A stretch of 57,211 nt of DNA, taken from assembly GCF_047606205.1 (NCBI RefSeq), contig NZ_JASGES010000039.1, positions 1 to 57,211 on the forward strand, given 5' to 3'. Numbering within the stretch: the stretch's first letter is position 1; every line of letters starts with the position of its first letter. Below the pieces are notes generated by a model that worked only from the letters and a program-made list of their open reading frames with translations, was not told the origin of the DNA and ran no database searches. The translations under genes and the position numbers were made by a program. Shown one piece after another: positions 18,404-28,238 of this stretch. The stretch is from Propionicimonas sp. (GTDB lineage Bacteria; Actinomycetota; Actinomycetes; Propionibacteriales; Propionibacteriaceae).

Positions 18404-18508
18404 CGCCGGTTCGGGGACGGTGGACCGGAAAGGGAACCGTCCCCGCGGTCCATCCATCGCCGGTTCGGGGCCAGTGGACCGGAAAGGGAACCGTCCCCGC
18501 GGTCCATC
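18401..18508. repeat. Two 54-bp direct repeats sharing the REP core
   Basis: catcgccggttcgggg..gtggaccggaaagggaaccgtccccgcggtccatc x2; core ggaaccgtcccc shared with the 17420 array. Confidence 0.85.
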
Positions 18509-18516
18509 CGCAGGGT

Positions 18517-19278
18517 TCAGATCGGGAGCAGGCGGAACAGCGGCGCAGGGACGTGCTTCAGCACCCACATCACGAACTGGAAGGGCGCCGGCACCCAGAT
18601 CAGGGTCCTGCCGTTGCGAGCGGCGTCGACGACCTGGGTGGCGAGCTGGTCGGGATCGACGGTGAGCGGGGCCTCCTTCACGTGGGCCGACATCCGTGTC
18701 CGCACCTGGCCGGGACGCACCACCAGCACCTTCGGCCCGAACGGCGCGAGCGCCTCGCCCAGCAACCGGTAGAACCCGTCCAGTCCCGCCTTCGTCGAGC
18801 CGTAGACGAAGTTCGAGCGGCGGACGAGCTCGCCGGCGACCGTCGACATCGCGATGATCTGGCCGTAGCCCTGCGCCTTCATCCGCTGGCCCAGCAGGAC
18901 GCCGACGCTGACCGCGCCGGTGTAGTTCACCTCGGCGATCTGGACGGCCTTCGCCTGGTCCTGCCACAGCTCCTCGGCGTCGCCGAGCAGGCCGAAGGCG
19001 ACGATGGCGACGTCCACGTCGGCGATCGCCCAGGCCGCCTCGATCACACCGGCGTGGGTGTCGAAGGCCGTCGCGTCGAACTCGAGCACGTCCACGTCGG
19101 TGGCGCCGGCGGCCCTGAGGTCGGCGATCGTGGCGTCCCGGCGTTCGTCCCCGGGCTGGACGCCCAGCACGACCCGTAGCGGCTGCTTGGCCAGATACTC
19201 CTTCACGATGGCCAGGCCGATCTCGGACGTGCCGCCGAGCAGCAGCACGGTCTGGGGATTGCCGGTGGCGTCGATCAC
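18517..19278 (-). CDS. dprE2: Decaprenylphosphoryl-2-keto-D-erythropentose reductase
   Basis: [49 protein letters not shown]. Confidence 0.92.
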   Translation of the reverse strand: MIDATGNPQTVLLLGGTSEIGLAIVKEYLAKQPLRVVLGVQPGDERRDATIADLRAAGATDVDVLEFDATAFDTHAGVIEAAWAIADVDVAIVAFGLLGDAEELWQDQAKAVQIAEVNYTGAVSVGVLLGQRMKAQGYGQIIAMSTVAGELVRRSNFVYGSTKAGLDGFYRLLGEALAPFGPKVLVVRPGQVRTRMSAHVKEAPLTVDPDQLATQVVDAARNGRTLIWVPAPFQFVMWVLKHVPAPLFRLLPI

Positions 19279-19298
19279 TTGATTCTCCTCGTGGGTGT

Positions 19299-20732
19299 TC
19301 AGACGAGCTCGAGGCGGCGGCCGAGATCGGACACGAACACCCCGTGCGGGTCGATCCGGCGCCGGGTGGCGATCCATTCCTCGATCCGCGGGTACATCGC
19401 GTGGAAGGTCTCGGCCGTCGTGCGGGAGTCCTTCGCCGTGTACAGCCGCCCGCCGAAGGAGAGGATCCGCGCGTCCAGGCCGTGCAGGAACTCGTGGAGT
19501 CCGGCCTTGATCGGGAAGTCCACGCAGACGTTCCAGCCGGCCATCGGGTAGCTCAGCGGCGCGCGGTTTCCCGGCCCGAACAGCTTGAACACGTTCAGGA
19601 ACGAGTAGTGCCCGGAGGCCTGGATGTCGGCGATGATCTTCGTGAACTCGTCCACGGCAGCGGGCGGCACCACGAACTGGTACTGCAGGAACCCGTGCGA
19701 CCCGTACGCGCGGTTCCACTCCCCGAACATGTCCAGCGGATGGTAGAAGCCGGTGAGGCTCTGGATCTTTCCGGTGTAGGTGCCGCTCTTGGCGTACCAG
19801 AGGTTGCCGAGCAGGGTGAAGGTGTACTTGTTGGCCAGCCCGTTCGGGAACACGTCCGGCAGCTCGAACAGTGGCTTGGCGTTGAAGGCGAGCGGGTCGG
19901 CAGCGAGCTTCGGCGAGATCTGGCGAAGCTGGTCGAGCGTGGCGAGCGAACCGCGGGACAGGGCGGCGCGGCCCAGTTTCGGGGCCGGGCTGATCGCGTC
20001 GAACCAGGCACTGGAGTAGTCGTAGCGCGACTCCGAGCCGTCGGAATGAACGGCGATCGTCTCCTGCAGGGTCTTCGTGACCACGCCGTCGGCGATGAAG
20101 TAGGCCGTCTCGGTGCGGGTCATGTTGAGCACCACCCGCAGGATGATGCCGGTCAGGCCGACACCGCCGACGGTGGCCCAGAAGATGCTCGCGTCCGGGT
20201 CGTCGGGCGAGCCCTCCGGGGTGAGGCTGAGGACGCGCCCGTCGGCGACCAGCAACTGCAGGGACGCGACGTGGTTGCCGAAGGAGCCTGCGCTGTGGTG
20301 GTTCTTGCCGTGCACGTCGCAGCCGATGGCACCGCCGATCGTGACCTGCCGGGTGCCGGGCAGCACCGGGATCCACAGCCCGTACGGCAGCGCGGCGCGC
20401 ATCAGGTCGTCAAGGCTCACGCCCGCGTCGACGTCGACCGTCGCCGAGGTCGGGTCGATCGAGTGGATCGTGGCCAGCGCCGTCATGTCGACGACGATCC
20501 CGCCGGCGTTCTGGGCGACGTCGCCGTACGAGCGACCCAGGCCGCGGGCGACGATGCCGCGCGTGAGGTGGGACGGGGAGTCGGCGTTGTGGTCGGCGAC
20601 AGCTGCGACTGCGGACGCGATCACCTCCGGGTCAGAGGTGGACAGCACCTGCGCGGTGGTGGGGGCCGTGCGACCCCAGCCGGAGAGGCTGGCGGTGGCG
20701 GTGGGCAGGTCCGGAGTCTGGGTGGCGCTCAT
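19299..20732 (-). CDS. dprE1: Decaprenylphosphoryl-beta-D-ribose oxidase
   Basis: [52 protein letters not shown]. Confidence 0.93.
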   Translation of the reverse strand: MSATQTPDLPTATASLSGWGRTAPTTAQVLSTSDPEVIASAVAAVADHNADSPSHLTRGIVARGLGRSYGDVAQNAGGIVVDMTALATIHSIDPTSATVDVDAGVSLDDLMRAALPYGLWIPVLPGTRQVTIGGAIGCDVHGKNHHSAGSFGNHVASLQLLVADGRVLSLTPEGSPDDPDASIFWATVGGVGLTGIILRVVLNMTRTETAYFIADGVVTKTLQETIAVHSDGSESRYDYSSAWFDAISPAPKLGRAALSRGSLATLDQLRQISPKLAADPLAFNAKPLFELPDVFPNGLANKYTFTLLGNLWYAKSGTYTGKIQSLTGFYHPLDMFGEWNRAYGSHGFLQYQFVVPPAAVDEFTKIIADIQASGHYSFLNVFKLFGPGNRAPLSYPMAGWNVCVDFPIKAGLHEFLHGLDARILSFGGRLYTAKDSRTTAETFHAMYPRIEEWIATRRRIDPHGVFVSDLGRRLELV

Positions 20733-20797
20733 CGACGTTCAGCCTACTCTGCGGCCACCCGTCCCGCGGCCGGCGGCCGGCGTTACCATCTGCTGCA

Positions 20798-21526
20798 ATG
20801 AGCGCGAACTCGACCCTGATGCGCGTCTGCGACGCCGCCCTGTTCGACCTCGACGGCGTCCTGACGCCGACCGCTGAGGTGCACATGCGGGCGTGGTCGC
20901 GGATGTTCAACGACTTCCTGCCCACCCGCGGCGACCGGAGGCCCTACACCGACGCCGACTACTTCGCCTTCGTCGACGGCAAGCCCCGCTACGACGGGGT
21001 GCGCGATCTCCTCGCCTCGCGCGGAATCGACCTGCCGCCGGGTGAGGCCACCGACCCGCCGGAGGCGGACACGGTGTGTGGTCTCGGCAACCGCAAGAAC
21101 GAGGCGTTCGCTGCCGTGCTGGCCAGTGAGGGGGTGCGGCCCTACCCCGGCTCGGTGCAGTTGCTCGACTACCTCGCCGGCCACGGGGTCGCCGTCGCGG
21201 TGGTCTCGTCCTCGGCCAATGCCAGGGACGTGCTGGCGGCCGCCGGCCTCCGCGACCGGTTCGAGGTGGTCGTGGACGGGCTGCTGGCCAGGGCGGAGTC
21301 GATCGCGGGCAAGCCGGCGCCGGACACCTACCTGCGGGCAGCCGGGGCCCTCGGCGTGCCGCGGGAGCGGGCGGTCGTGTTCGAGGACGCCATCTCCGGG
21401 GTGCAGGCCGGGCGCGCCGGCGGCTTCGGCCTCGTCGTCGGCGTCGAACGCGGCGTCGGGCAGCACAGCCTGCTCGCCGAGGGTGCCGACCTCGTGGTCG
21501 CCGATCTGGCCGAGCTGCTTCCCTGA
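20798..21526 (+). CDS. HAD-superfamily hydrolase, beta-phosphoglucomutase family
   Basis: FDLDGVLT, DGKPRYDGV, GKPAPD, FEDAISGV. Confidence 0.9.
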   Translation: MSANSTLMRVCDAALFDLDGVLTPTAEVHMRAWSRMFNDFLPTRGDRRPYTDADYFAFVDGKPRYDGVRDLLASRGIDLPPGEATDPPEADTVCGLGNRKNEAFAAVLASEGVRPYPGSVQLLDYLAGHGVAVAVVSSSANARDVLAAAGLRDRFEVVVDGLLARAESIAGKPAPDTYLRAAGALGVPRERAVVFEDAISGVQAGRAGGFGLVVGVERGVGQHSLLAEGADLVVADLAELLP

Positions 21527-21557
21527 GCGGCGCCGCCGTCGGAGTCCCGGATCGCCG

Positions 21558-24521
21558 CTAGTCGGCGCTGTCCCAGAAGACGCGATCCATCACCTGCCGG
21601 GCGAGGCGGGCGCCGCGGCGGAAGTCCTCGGTGAACTGCGAGGAGTCGCCCTTGGCGTAACCGAGGATCTGGGCGACGGCGGAGAGCTCGCGCACGTCGG
21701 TCGGCAGGCTGTCGGTCGCGCGGCCGCGGAGCAGCATGATCGCGTTGCGGATCCGGCTGGCCAGCAACCACGCCGCACGCAACGCCTCGGCGTCCGCGTC
21801 GTCGAGGAGACCGGCGAGCACCGTCGCGTCCAGCGCCTCCAGGGTGCCGGTGGTGCGCAGCCGGCTGTCGCCGCCGGCGTGGTGGAGCTGCAGCAGCTGC
21901 ACCACCCACTCCACGTCGGTCAGCCCGCCAGGGCCGAGCTTCACATGGCGTCCCGGGTCGGCGGCCCGCGGCAGCCGCTCCGCCTCCATCCGCGCCTTCA
22001 GCTTTCGGATCTCCTGCACCTGCGCGTGGCTGAGGCCGCCCTTGGGGTAGCGGACGCGGTCGATGTCGGCCAGCAGCGTCGCGCCCAGCTCCCAGTCGCC
22101 GGCGCCCGCGGACGCCCGCAGCAGCGCCTGCGCCTCCCACGTCGACGACCACCGCTGGTAGTAGGCGCGGTAGGAGGCCAGGCTGCGCACCATCGCGCCG
22201 CCCTTGCCCTCGGGCCGCAGGTCGATGTCGACCTCGAGCGCGGGGTCCGGGCCCGGCTTGGCCAGCAACGCGCGCAGCCGGCTCACCACCGTCGTCGCCG
22301 CAGACGTCGCGTCCGGATCCTCGCTGTCGGCCACCACGAACATCGCATCCGCGTCGGAGGCGTAGGACAGCTCGCACCCTCCCCACCGGCCCATGGCGAT
22401 CACGGCGATCGGCGGCACCCGGACACCACGCGCCGCGACCTCGAGCGCGGCGTCGATCGTGGCGCCGGCCAGCTCGCTCAGGGCTCTGCCCAGGGTGGGG
22501 ACGTCGAGGTCGCCCAGCAGGTCGGCCATCGCCAGCCGCAACAGCTCCCTGCGCCTGGTCGCGCGGACAGCACCGATCGCGCCGTCCGGCGACTCGTGTC
22601 GGCGGGACGCGGTGAGCATCTCGGCGAGGATCTCCGCACCCGGCCGCGGGCGCAGGCCCTCGGGATCGCCGAGCAGGGCGGCGTTCTGCGGCGCACGCAT
22701 CAGCAGGTCCACCGCGTAGCGCGACGAGGCGAGGATCCTGGCCAGGTGCTCGGCCATCACGTCGCCGTCGCGGAGCGCGCGCAGGTACCACGGTGTCGTA
22801 CCGAGCTCCTCCGACACCTGGCGGAAGGCCAGCAGGCCGTGGTCGGGGTTGGGGCCCGCAGCGAACCAGGTGAGCATCGCAGGCAGCAGCTGCCGCTGGA
22901 TCTCCGCCTGCCGGGTCATGCCGTGGCTGAGCGCCTCGATGTGCCGCAGCGCCGCCTTCGGGTCCCCGTAGCCGAGCGCCCGCAGGCGCACCTGCGCGGC
23001 TTCCGGCGTCAGCCCCACCTGGGAGGAGGGGATCCGCGCGACCGTCTCCAGCAGCGGGGAGTAGAACAGCCGCTGGTGCAGGGTGAGGACGCGGCGCGCG
23101 GTCGAGCGCCACAGGTGCATCAGCTCCTTCGGCTCGGGCAGGCCGATCGCCCGGGCCAGCCAGCGCTGGTTGGCCTCGTCGTCGGGCATCAGGTGGGTGC
23201 GGCGCAGCCGGTAGAGCTGGATCCGGTGCTCGAGGAGCCGCTGCAACTGATAGGCGGTGGCGAGGTCGTACCCGTCCGCTCTTCCGACGTAGCCGTGGTC
23301 GACGAGCGCGGACAGGGCGTCGAAGGTGCCGCGCAGCCGCAGCCGTTCGTCGGATCGTCCGTGGACGAGCTGGAGCAGCTGGACGCTGAACTCCACGTCC
23401 CGCAGCCCGCCCGCCCCGAGCTTGATCTCGGTGTTGGCCTCGCGCGCGGGCAGCAGCGAGATCACCCGCCGGCGCATCGCCTGCACCTCGCCGACGAACT
23501 GGTCGTTGTCGGCGACCCGCCAGACCATCGGCCACACCATGTCGACGAAAGCACCGGCCAGGGCGAGGTCGCCGGCCATCGGCCGCGCCTTCAGCATCGC
23601 CTGGAACTCCCAGTTCTTGGCCCACTTCTCGTAGTACGCGCGATGCGAGGCCAGCGTCCGGACCAGCGGGCCCGCCTTCCCCTCCGGACGCAATGCCGCG
23701 TCGATCTGCCAGATCGTGCCCGCACCGGTGTGCGCGGAGCAGACCCGGGTCAGCGCGCTGGCGAGCCGGGTGGCCACGGCGACCGCCGTCCCCGAGTCGC
23801 AGACCGGCTCGCCGGCCTCGTCGAGCGCGGGCTCGGCGAGATAGAGCACGTCCACGTCGCTGACGTAGTTGAGCTCCCGCGCGCCGGTCTTGCCCAGGGC
23901 GACGATCCCGATCCGGCACTTCTCCCAGCCGGGCACCTCTCCCCTGGCGAGGGCCAGGGCCGCCTCCACCGTGCCGTCGGCCAGATCGGCGAGCTCGCCG
24001 GCGATGTCCTGCAGCGCCAGCAGCGGATCCGGGGCGGTGAGGTCCCTGGCCGCGATCCTCAGCAGCGCCCTGCGGTAGGCGCGACGCAGATCGTCCGAGC
24101 GGGATCTCTCCGCGACCGGGACAGGGCTGGCCGGGTCCGCGCCGACGGCGAGGAGCAGCTCGGCGCGCAGCGCCTCGGGCGGGCGCCGCTCCACGCTGCC
24201 CATCACGGCGGTCACATCGTCGGCGTGGGTGCCCAGGTGCTGGTTCAGCGCGACGCTCGCCCCGAGGACCGCGATCAGCCGGCGCGCGAACGCCGCGTCC
24301 GCCCCCAACTCGGCGAACAGGGCCGGACGGGCCGCGACGAGGCGGTTGAAGCCGGCCAGGGCGAGGTCGGGGTCGGCAGTGCCCGGCAGCTCCGCCAGGG
24401 CCAGCTCGATCTGCTCCCGCGTGCCGTGCTGCTCCCAGGCCTCGACCATCGCCGCGGCGGCCACGGCGTCGGCGAAACCGAGCCGGGCGAGTCGCGCGGA
24501 CGGGCTCTCGATGCGGCTCAC
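21558..24521 (-). CDS. glnE: Bifunctional glutamine synthetase adenylyltransferase/deadenylylase
   Basis: LGKTGARELNYVSDVD, DAALRPEG, KLGAGGLRDVEF, second NT domain ELSYASDAD; start at MSRIESP. Confidence 0.96.
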   Translation of the reverse strand: MSRIESPSARLARLGFADAVAAAAMVEAWEQHGTREQIELALAELPGTADPDLALAGFNRLVAARPALFAELGADAAFARRLIAVLGASVALNQHLGTHADDVTAVMGSVERRPPEALRAELLLAVGADPASPVPVAERSRSDDLRRAYRRALLRIAARDLTAPDPLLALQDIAGELADLADGTVEAALALARGEVPGWEKCRIGIVALGKTGARELNYVSDVDVLYLAEPALDEAGEPVCDSGTAVAVATRLASALTRVCSAHTGAGTIWQIDAALRPEGKAGPLVRTLASHRAYYEKWAKNWEFQAMLKARPMAGDLALAGAFVDMVWPMVWRVADNDQFVGEVQAMRRRVISLLPAREANTEIKLGAGGLRDVEFSVQLLQLVHGRSDERLRLRGTFDALSALVDHGYVGRADGYDLATAYQLQRLLEHRIQLYRLRRTHLMPDDEANQRWLARAIGLPEPKELMHLWRSTARRVLTLHQRLFYSPLLETVARIPSSQVGLTPEAAQVRLRALGYGDPKAALRHIEALSHGMTRQAEIQRQLLPAMLTWFAAGPNPDHGLLAFRQVSEELGTTPWYLRALRDGDVMAEHLARILASSRYAVDLLMRAPQNAALLGDPEGLRPRPGAEILAEMLTASRRHESPDGAIGAVRATRRRELLRLAMADLLGDLDVPTLGRALSELAGATIDAALEVAARGVRVPPIAVIAMGRWGGCELSYASDADAMFVVADSEDPDATSAATTVVSRLRALLAKPGPDPALEVDIDLRPEGKGGAMVRSLASYRAYYQRWSSTWEAQALLRASAGAGDWELGATLLADIDRVRYPKGGLSHAQVQEIRKLKARMEAERLPRAADPGRHVKLGPGGLTDVEWVVQLLQLHHAGGDSRLRTTGTLEALDATVLAGLLDDADAEALRAAWLLASRIRNAIMLLRGRATDSLPTDVRELSAVAQILGYAKGDSSQFTEDFRRGARLARQVMDRVFWDSAD

Positions 24522-24528
24522 GAGGGCG

Positions 24529-24538
24529 ATGCTAGCGT
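24529..24538. promoter_or_regulatory. Overlapping divergent -10 elements (bidirectional leaderless promoter)
   Basis: ATGCTAGCGT: TAGCGT (+) 7 nt before GTG 24546 and TAGCAT (-) 7 nt before GTG 24521. Confidence 0.6.
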
Positions 24539-24545
24539 CTGGAGC

Positions 24546-24929
24546 GTGGCGAGAACCCCGACGCAGGCCCAGGTCGACGAGCTTCGCCATGCCGTCCGCG
24601 CCCTCGGCGGCGAGCCTTCGGCTGAACTCCCCCGGGCCACTCTCGCCGCCGCGTCCCGGACGGTCTGCGGGCTGCTCGGTGCGCGTTTCCCCGGCGGGTC
24701 GGTCGAACTGCGGGTGCCGCCGTTCGCGGCGGTCCAGCTCGGCATCGGCGAGCGGGGGCGGCACACCCGCGGCACCCCGCCCAACGTCGTCCAGACCGAC
24801 GCGATCACGCTCCTGCTGCTCGCCTCGGGGAGCCTGGCCTGGGCCGAGGCGGTGTCGACCCACCAGGTGCGCGCGTCCGGGATCCACAGCGACCTGACCG
24901 AGCTGTGGCCGCTGCCCGAACTGCGCTGA
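24546..24929 (+). CDS. Bacterial sterol-carrier (SCP-like) family protein
   Basis: Tail of the 1295-aa shadow ORF: PGGSVELRVPPFAAVQ, HTRGTPPNVV, VRASG. Confidence 0.85.
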   Translation: MARTPTQAQVDELRHAVRALGGEPSAELPRATLAAASRTVCGLLGARFPGGSVELRVPPFAAVQLGIGERGRHTRGTPPNVVQTDAITLLLLASGSLAWAEAVSTHQVRASGIHSDLTELWPLPELR

Positions 24930-25042
24930 TCCGCCGGGCCCGAGACCCGCACAGCTGAACCACAGGTTGGCACAGGAACGCCCACAGGTCGGCCTCATAG
25001 CGTCGTCATCGTGGTAAAGCGCCCAGAGGAGATTCACAACCT

Positions 25043-26305
25043 ATGACAACCGATGAAGCCGGTTTCCCGGCGGACCCGCCGGATGCGCCCAAGAAGCGGC
25101 GCCGCATGACGTGGAAGAAGTGGCTGGCCGTCGGCGTGGCGGCCGTGGTCGTGCTCGGCGGAGTCGGGGTGGGGACGTTCCTGTTGCTGCGGCAGTCGCA
25201 CAGCAACACCGCACGGTCCTTCAGCCAGGACGTCACCGTCACGAAGGCCGACCAGACGCTGACCGTGAGCCTGGACGGGACGCTGAGCCCCAGCAAGCAG
25301 TCCGACGTCAACTTCAGCGTCGCCGGCACCGTGACCAAGGTGTACGTGAAGGCCGGTGACACGGTGAAGAAGGGCCAGAAGCTGGCCCGGATCGACGACA
25401 CCAGCCTGCAGAACGCGCTCGACCTGGCCGAGGCCAACCTGACCAGCGCGAAGGCCAATCTCACCGAGGTCGAGGACAACGACGGCAGCAGCGCGGCGAT
25501 CACGTCGGCGAAGGCGCAGGTCACCTCTGCGGCGGCCGCGGTCACCAGCGCCGAGGACGACCTGTCCGACGCCGTGCTCCGGGCCACCATCGCCGGCACC
25601 GTCGCGAGCGTCGACCTCACCGTCGGCGACACCGTGAGCGCCGGCTCCAGCTCGTCCTCCAGCTCGAGCAGCTCGAGTTCCAGTTCGACATCGTCCAGCA
25701 GTTCCAGCTCGGCGCAGGTCACGATCATCGCCACCTCCCGATGGAAGGTCGAAGGCACCATCGGCGCGTCCGACCTGGCCAGCGTGAAGGCCGGCCAGAA
25801 GGTGTCCGTCACCACCGATGCCACCACCGACGAGCTCACCGGCACGGTGACCTCCGTCGGCATCGTCGCCACCTCCACCAGCGACGACGGCACCGCCACC
25901 TTCCCGGTGGTGATCAGCCTCAGCGGCACGCACACCGACCTGTTCTCCGGCACCACCGCGACCGCGGTGATCACCACCGGCAGTTACGACGACGTGCTCA
26001 CCGTCCCGACCGCCGCCATCAAGACCGAGGACGGCAACACCGTCGTGACCAAGGTCGACGGCACCACGACCAGCACGGTCGAGGTCAAGGTCGGCAAGGT
26101 CTTCGGAAGCTACACCGAGGTCACCAGCGGGGTGAGCGAGGGCGACACCGTGCGCATCTCCTTCACCGCACCGACGTCGACCTCGACCTCGTCCAGCAGC
26201 AACCAGGGCGGCTTCACCGGTGGCGGTCTCGGCGGTGGCTTCGGCGGCGGCGGACTCACCGGTGGCGGCGGCGCCCCGCCCGGTGGCGGCACGGGCGGTC
26301 GGTGA
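25043..26305 (+). CDS. MacA/HlyD-like adaptor subunit of an ABC exporter
   Basis: N-terminal TM; [18 protein letters not shown] lipoyl-like motif; VLTVPTAAI; poly-Ser linker. Confidence 0.85.
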   Translation: MTTDEAGFPADPPDAPKKRRRMTWKKWLAVGVAAVVVLGGVGVGTFLLLRQSHSNTARSFSQDVTVTKADQTLTVSLDGTLSPSKQSDVNFSVAGTVTKVYVKAGDTVKKGQKLARIDDTSLQNALDLAEANLTSAKANLTEVEDNDGSSAAITSAKAQVTSAAAAVTSAEDDLSDAVLRATIAGTVASVDLTVGDTVSAGSSSSSSSSSSSSSSTSSSSSSSAQVTIIATSRWKVEGTIGASDLASVKAGQKVSVTTDATTDELTGTVTSVGIVATSTSDDGTATFPVVISLSGTHTDLFSGTTATAVITTGSYDDVLTVPTAAIKTEDGNTVVTKVDGTTTSTVEVKVGKVFGSYTEVTSGVSEGDTVRISFTAPTSTSTSSSSNQGGFTGGGLGGGFGGGGLTGGGGAPPGGGTGGR

Positions 26306-27012
26306 CCGGGATGAGCATGCTGTACATGAACGGAGTCCGGAAGACCTACTCCACGGGTGTGGTCGAGGTCGAGGCGCTCCGCGGGATCGATCTGGCCATC
26401 GAGGCGGGTGAGTACCTGGCGATCATGGGCCCCTCCGGCTCCGGCAAGTCCACGCTGATGCACATCATCGGCTGCCTGGACGTGCCGACCGCGGGCACCT
26501 ACGAACTCGACGGCACCGACGTGAGCAAGATGAGCGAGAAGCAGCTGGCCGAGATCCGCAACCGCAAGATCGGTTTCGTGTTCCAGCAGTTCAACCTGCT
26601 GCCGGCCCTGACCGCGCTGCGGAACGTCGAGCTGCCGCTGGTGTACGCCGGGGTTCCGGCGCCCGAACGCAGGGAACGCGCACTGGCGGCGCTGGCGAGG
26701 GTTGGCCTGGCCCAGCGCGTCCAGCACCGCCCCGGCGAACTCTCCGGCGGTCAGCAGCAGCGCGTGTCCGTGGCCAGGGCGCTGGTCACCGACCCGGCCC
26801 TGATCCTCGCCGACGAGCCGACCGGCGCGCTCGACTCCCGGTCCACCAGCGAGATCCTGGAGCTGTTCGAGGAACTCAACGACTCGGGCCGCACGATCGT
26901 GGTGATCACCCACGAGCCGGACGTCGGCGAGCGGGCCAAGCACCTGGTGCACATCTACGACGGGCTCCTCCGCGAGTCCGTCCCGGTCGAGGCAGCGGGA
27001 GCACGGCGATGA
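26302..27012 (+). CDS. ABC transporter ATP-binding protein (MacB/LolD-like)
   Basis: [25 protein letters not shown]; GTGA overlap with the upstream gene. Confidence 0.93.
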   Translation: MTGMSMLYMNGVRKTYSTGVVEVEALRGIDLAIEAGEYLAIMGPSGSGKSTLMHIIGCLDVPTAGTYELDGTDVSKMSEKQLAEIRNRKIGFVFQQFNLLPALTALRNVELPLVYAGVPAPERRERALAALARVGLAQRVQHRPGELSGGQQQRVSVARALVTDPALILADEPTGALDSRSTSEILELFEELNDSGRTIVVITHEPDVGERAKHLVHIYDGLLRESVPVEAAGARR

Positions 27013-28238
27013 TGGGCTGGACCGAGACGCTGAAGACCGCCATCTCGGCGCTGAACGCGCGCCGGATGCGGTCGGCGCTGACCATGCTGGGCATCCTGAT
27101 CGGTATCGCGGCGGTCATGCTGACCGTCGGCCTGGGCCAGGGCGCCTCCCAGCAGATCACCGACAAGATCAACTCGCTCGGCTCGAACCTGCTGGTGGTC
27201 TCGCCGTCCTCCTCGTCCTCGGGCGGCTTCCGGGGTGGTGGCAGCACGGTGTCCACGCTGACCATGCAGGACGCCGAGATGCTCGCCGACCCGTCGGTCG
27301 CACCGGACGTGCTGGCGGTGGCGCCCACCTCGTCCACGAACGGTTCGCTGCAGTCATCGGAGACGACCTGGACCTCGACCGTGGTCGGCACCGTGCCGGA
27401 CTGGCTGACGGTCAGGGCCCGGGAGGTGGAGACCGGCCGGTTCTTCACCCAGGACGAGGTCGACTCCTCGGCCAACGTCGCAGTGATCGGCTCGGAGACG
27501 GCCAGCGAGCTGTTCAGCACGGGTTCCGCCGTGGGCCAGTCGATCAGCGTCAACGGCGAGTCGTTCACGATCATCGGCGTCCTGACCTCCGAAGGCAGTT
27601 CCGGGACGTCGAACGAGGACGACACCGTCCTGGTGCCGATCACCACATTCGCCTCGCGCCTGTCCACCTCGAGCAGCGCGAACAGCGTCTCCTCGATCTA
27701 CCTCTCCGGCAAGGACGCGGACAGCCTGTCGGCGGCCTACCAGCAGGTGAAGACGGCGCTGCTGGCCTCGCACCAGGTGACCTCCGACGACGCCGACTTC
27801 ACGGTCGCGTCCCAGGCATCGCTGGTCGAGACGGCCACCTCGGTGACCGGCATCCTGACCGTGCTGCTGGGTGGCGTGGCGGGGATCTCCCTGCTCGTCG
27901 GCGGCATCGGCGTGATGAACATCATGCTGGTGAGCGTGAGCGAGCGGGTCAGGGAGATCGGCCTGCGCAAGGCCCTCGGAGCGACCCCGGGGGTGATCCG
28001 GCGCCAGTTCCTGGTGGAGGCGGGCATCCTCGGCATTCTCGGCGGGCTGGTCGGCGTGGGGCTCGGCTTCGCCGGAGCGGCGATCCTGACCCCGATCCTG
28101 AGCATGACGGTGCTCATCTCCATCCCGGCGACGCTGCTCGCCCTGGTGGTCTCGCTGGGCATCGGCCTCGTGGCCGGCGTCTATCCGGCCACTCGCGCGG
28201 CCAAGCTCGCCCCGATCGACGCACTGAGGAGTGAATGA
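27009..28238 (+). CDS. ABC transporter permease (MacB/FtsX family)
   Basis: [37 protein letters not shown]. Confidence 0.93.
   Translation: MMGWTETLKTAISALNARRMRSALTMLGILIGIAAVMLTVGLGQGASQQITDKINSLGSNLLVVSPSSSSSGGFRGGGSTVSTLTMQDAEMLADPSVAPDVLAVAPTSSTNGSLQSSETTWTSTVVGTVPDWLTVRAREVETGRFFTQDEVDSSANVAVIGSETASELFSTGSAVGQSISVNGESFTIIGVLTSEGSSGTSNEDDTVLVPITTFASRLSTSSSANSVSSIYLSGKDADSLSAAYQQVKTALLASHQVTSDDADFTVASQASLVETATSVTGILTVLLGGVAGISLLVGGIGVMNIMLVSVSERVREIGLRKALGATPGVIRRQFLVEAGILGILGGLVGVGLGFAGAAILTPILSMTVLISIPATLLALVVSLGIGLVAGVYPATRAAKLAPIDALRSE

Noticed and set aside
21042-24545. 1295-aa plus-strand ORF and other long alternative-frame ORFs (e.g. 995-3214, 5954-7786, 41189-43276)
   Set aside because: Antisense or off-frame shadows of real high-GC genes; only the tails at 24546-24929 and 33443-34303 look like real proteins
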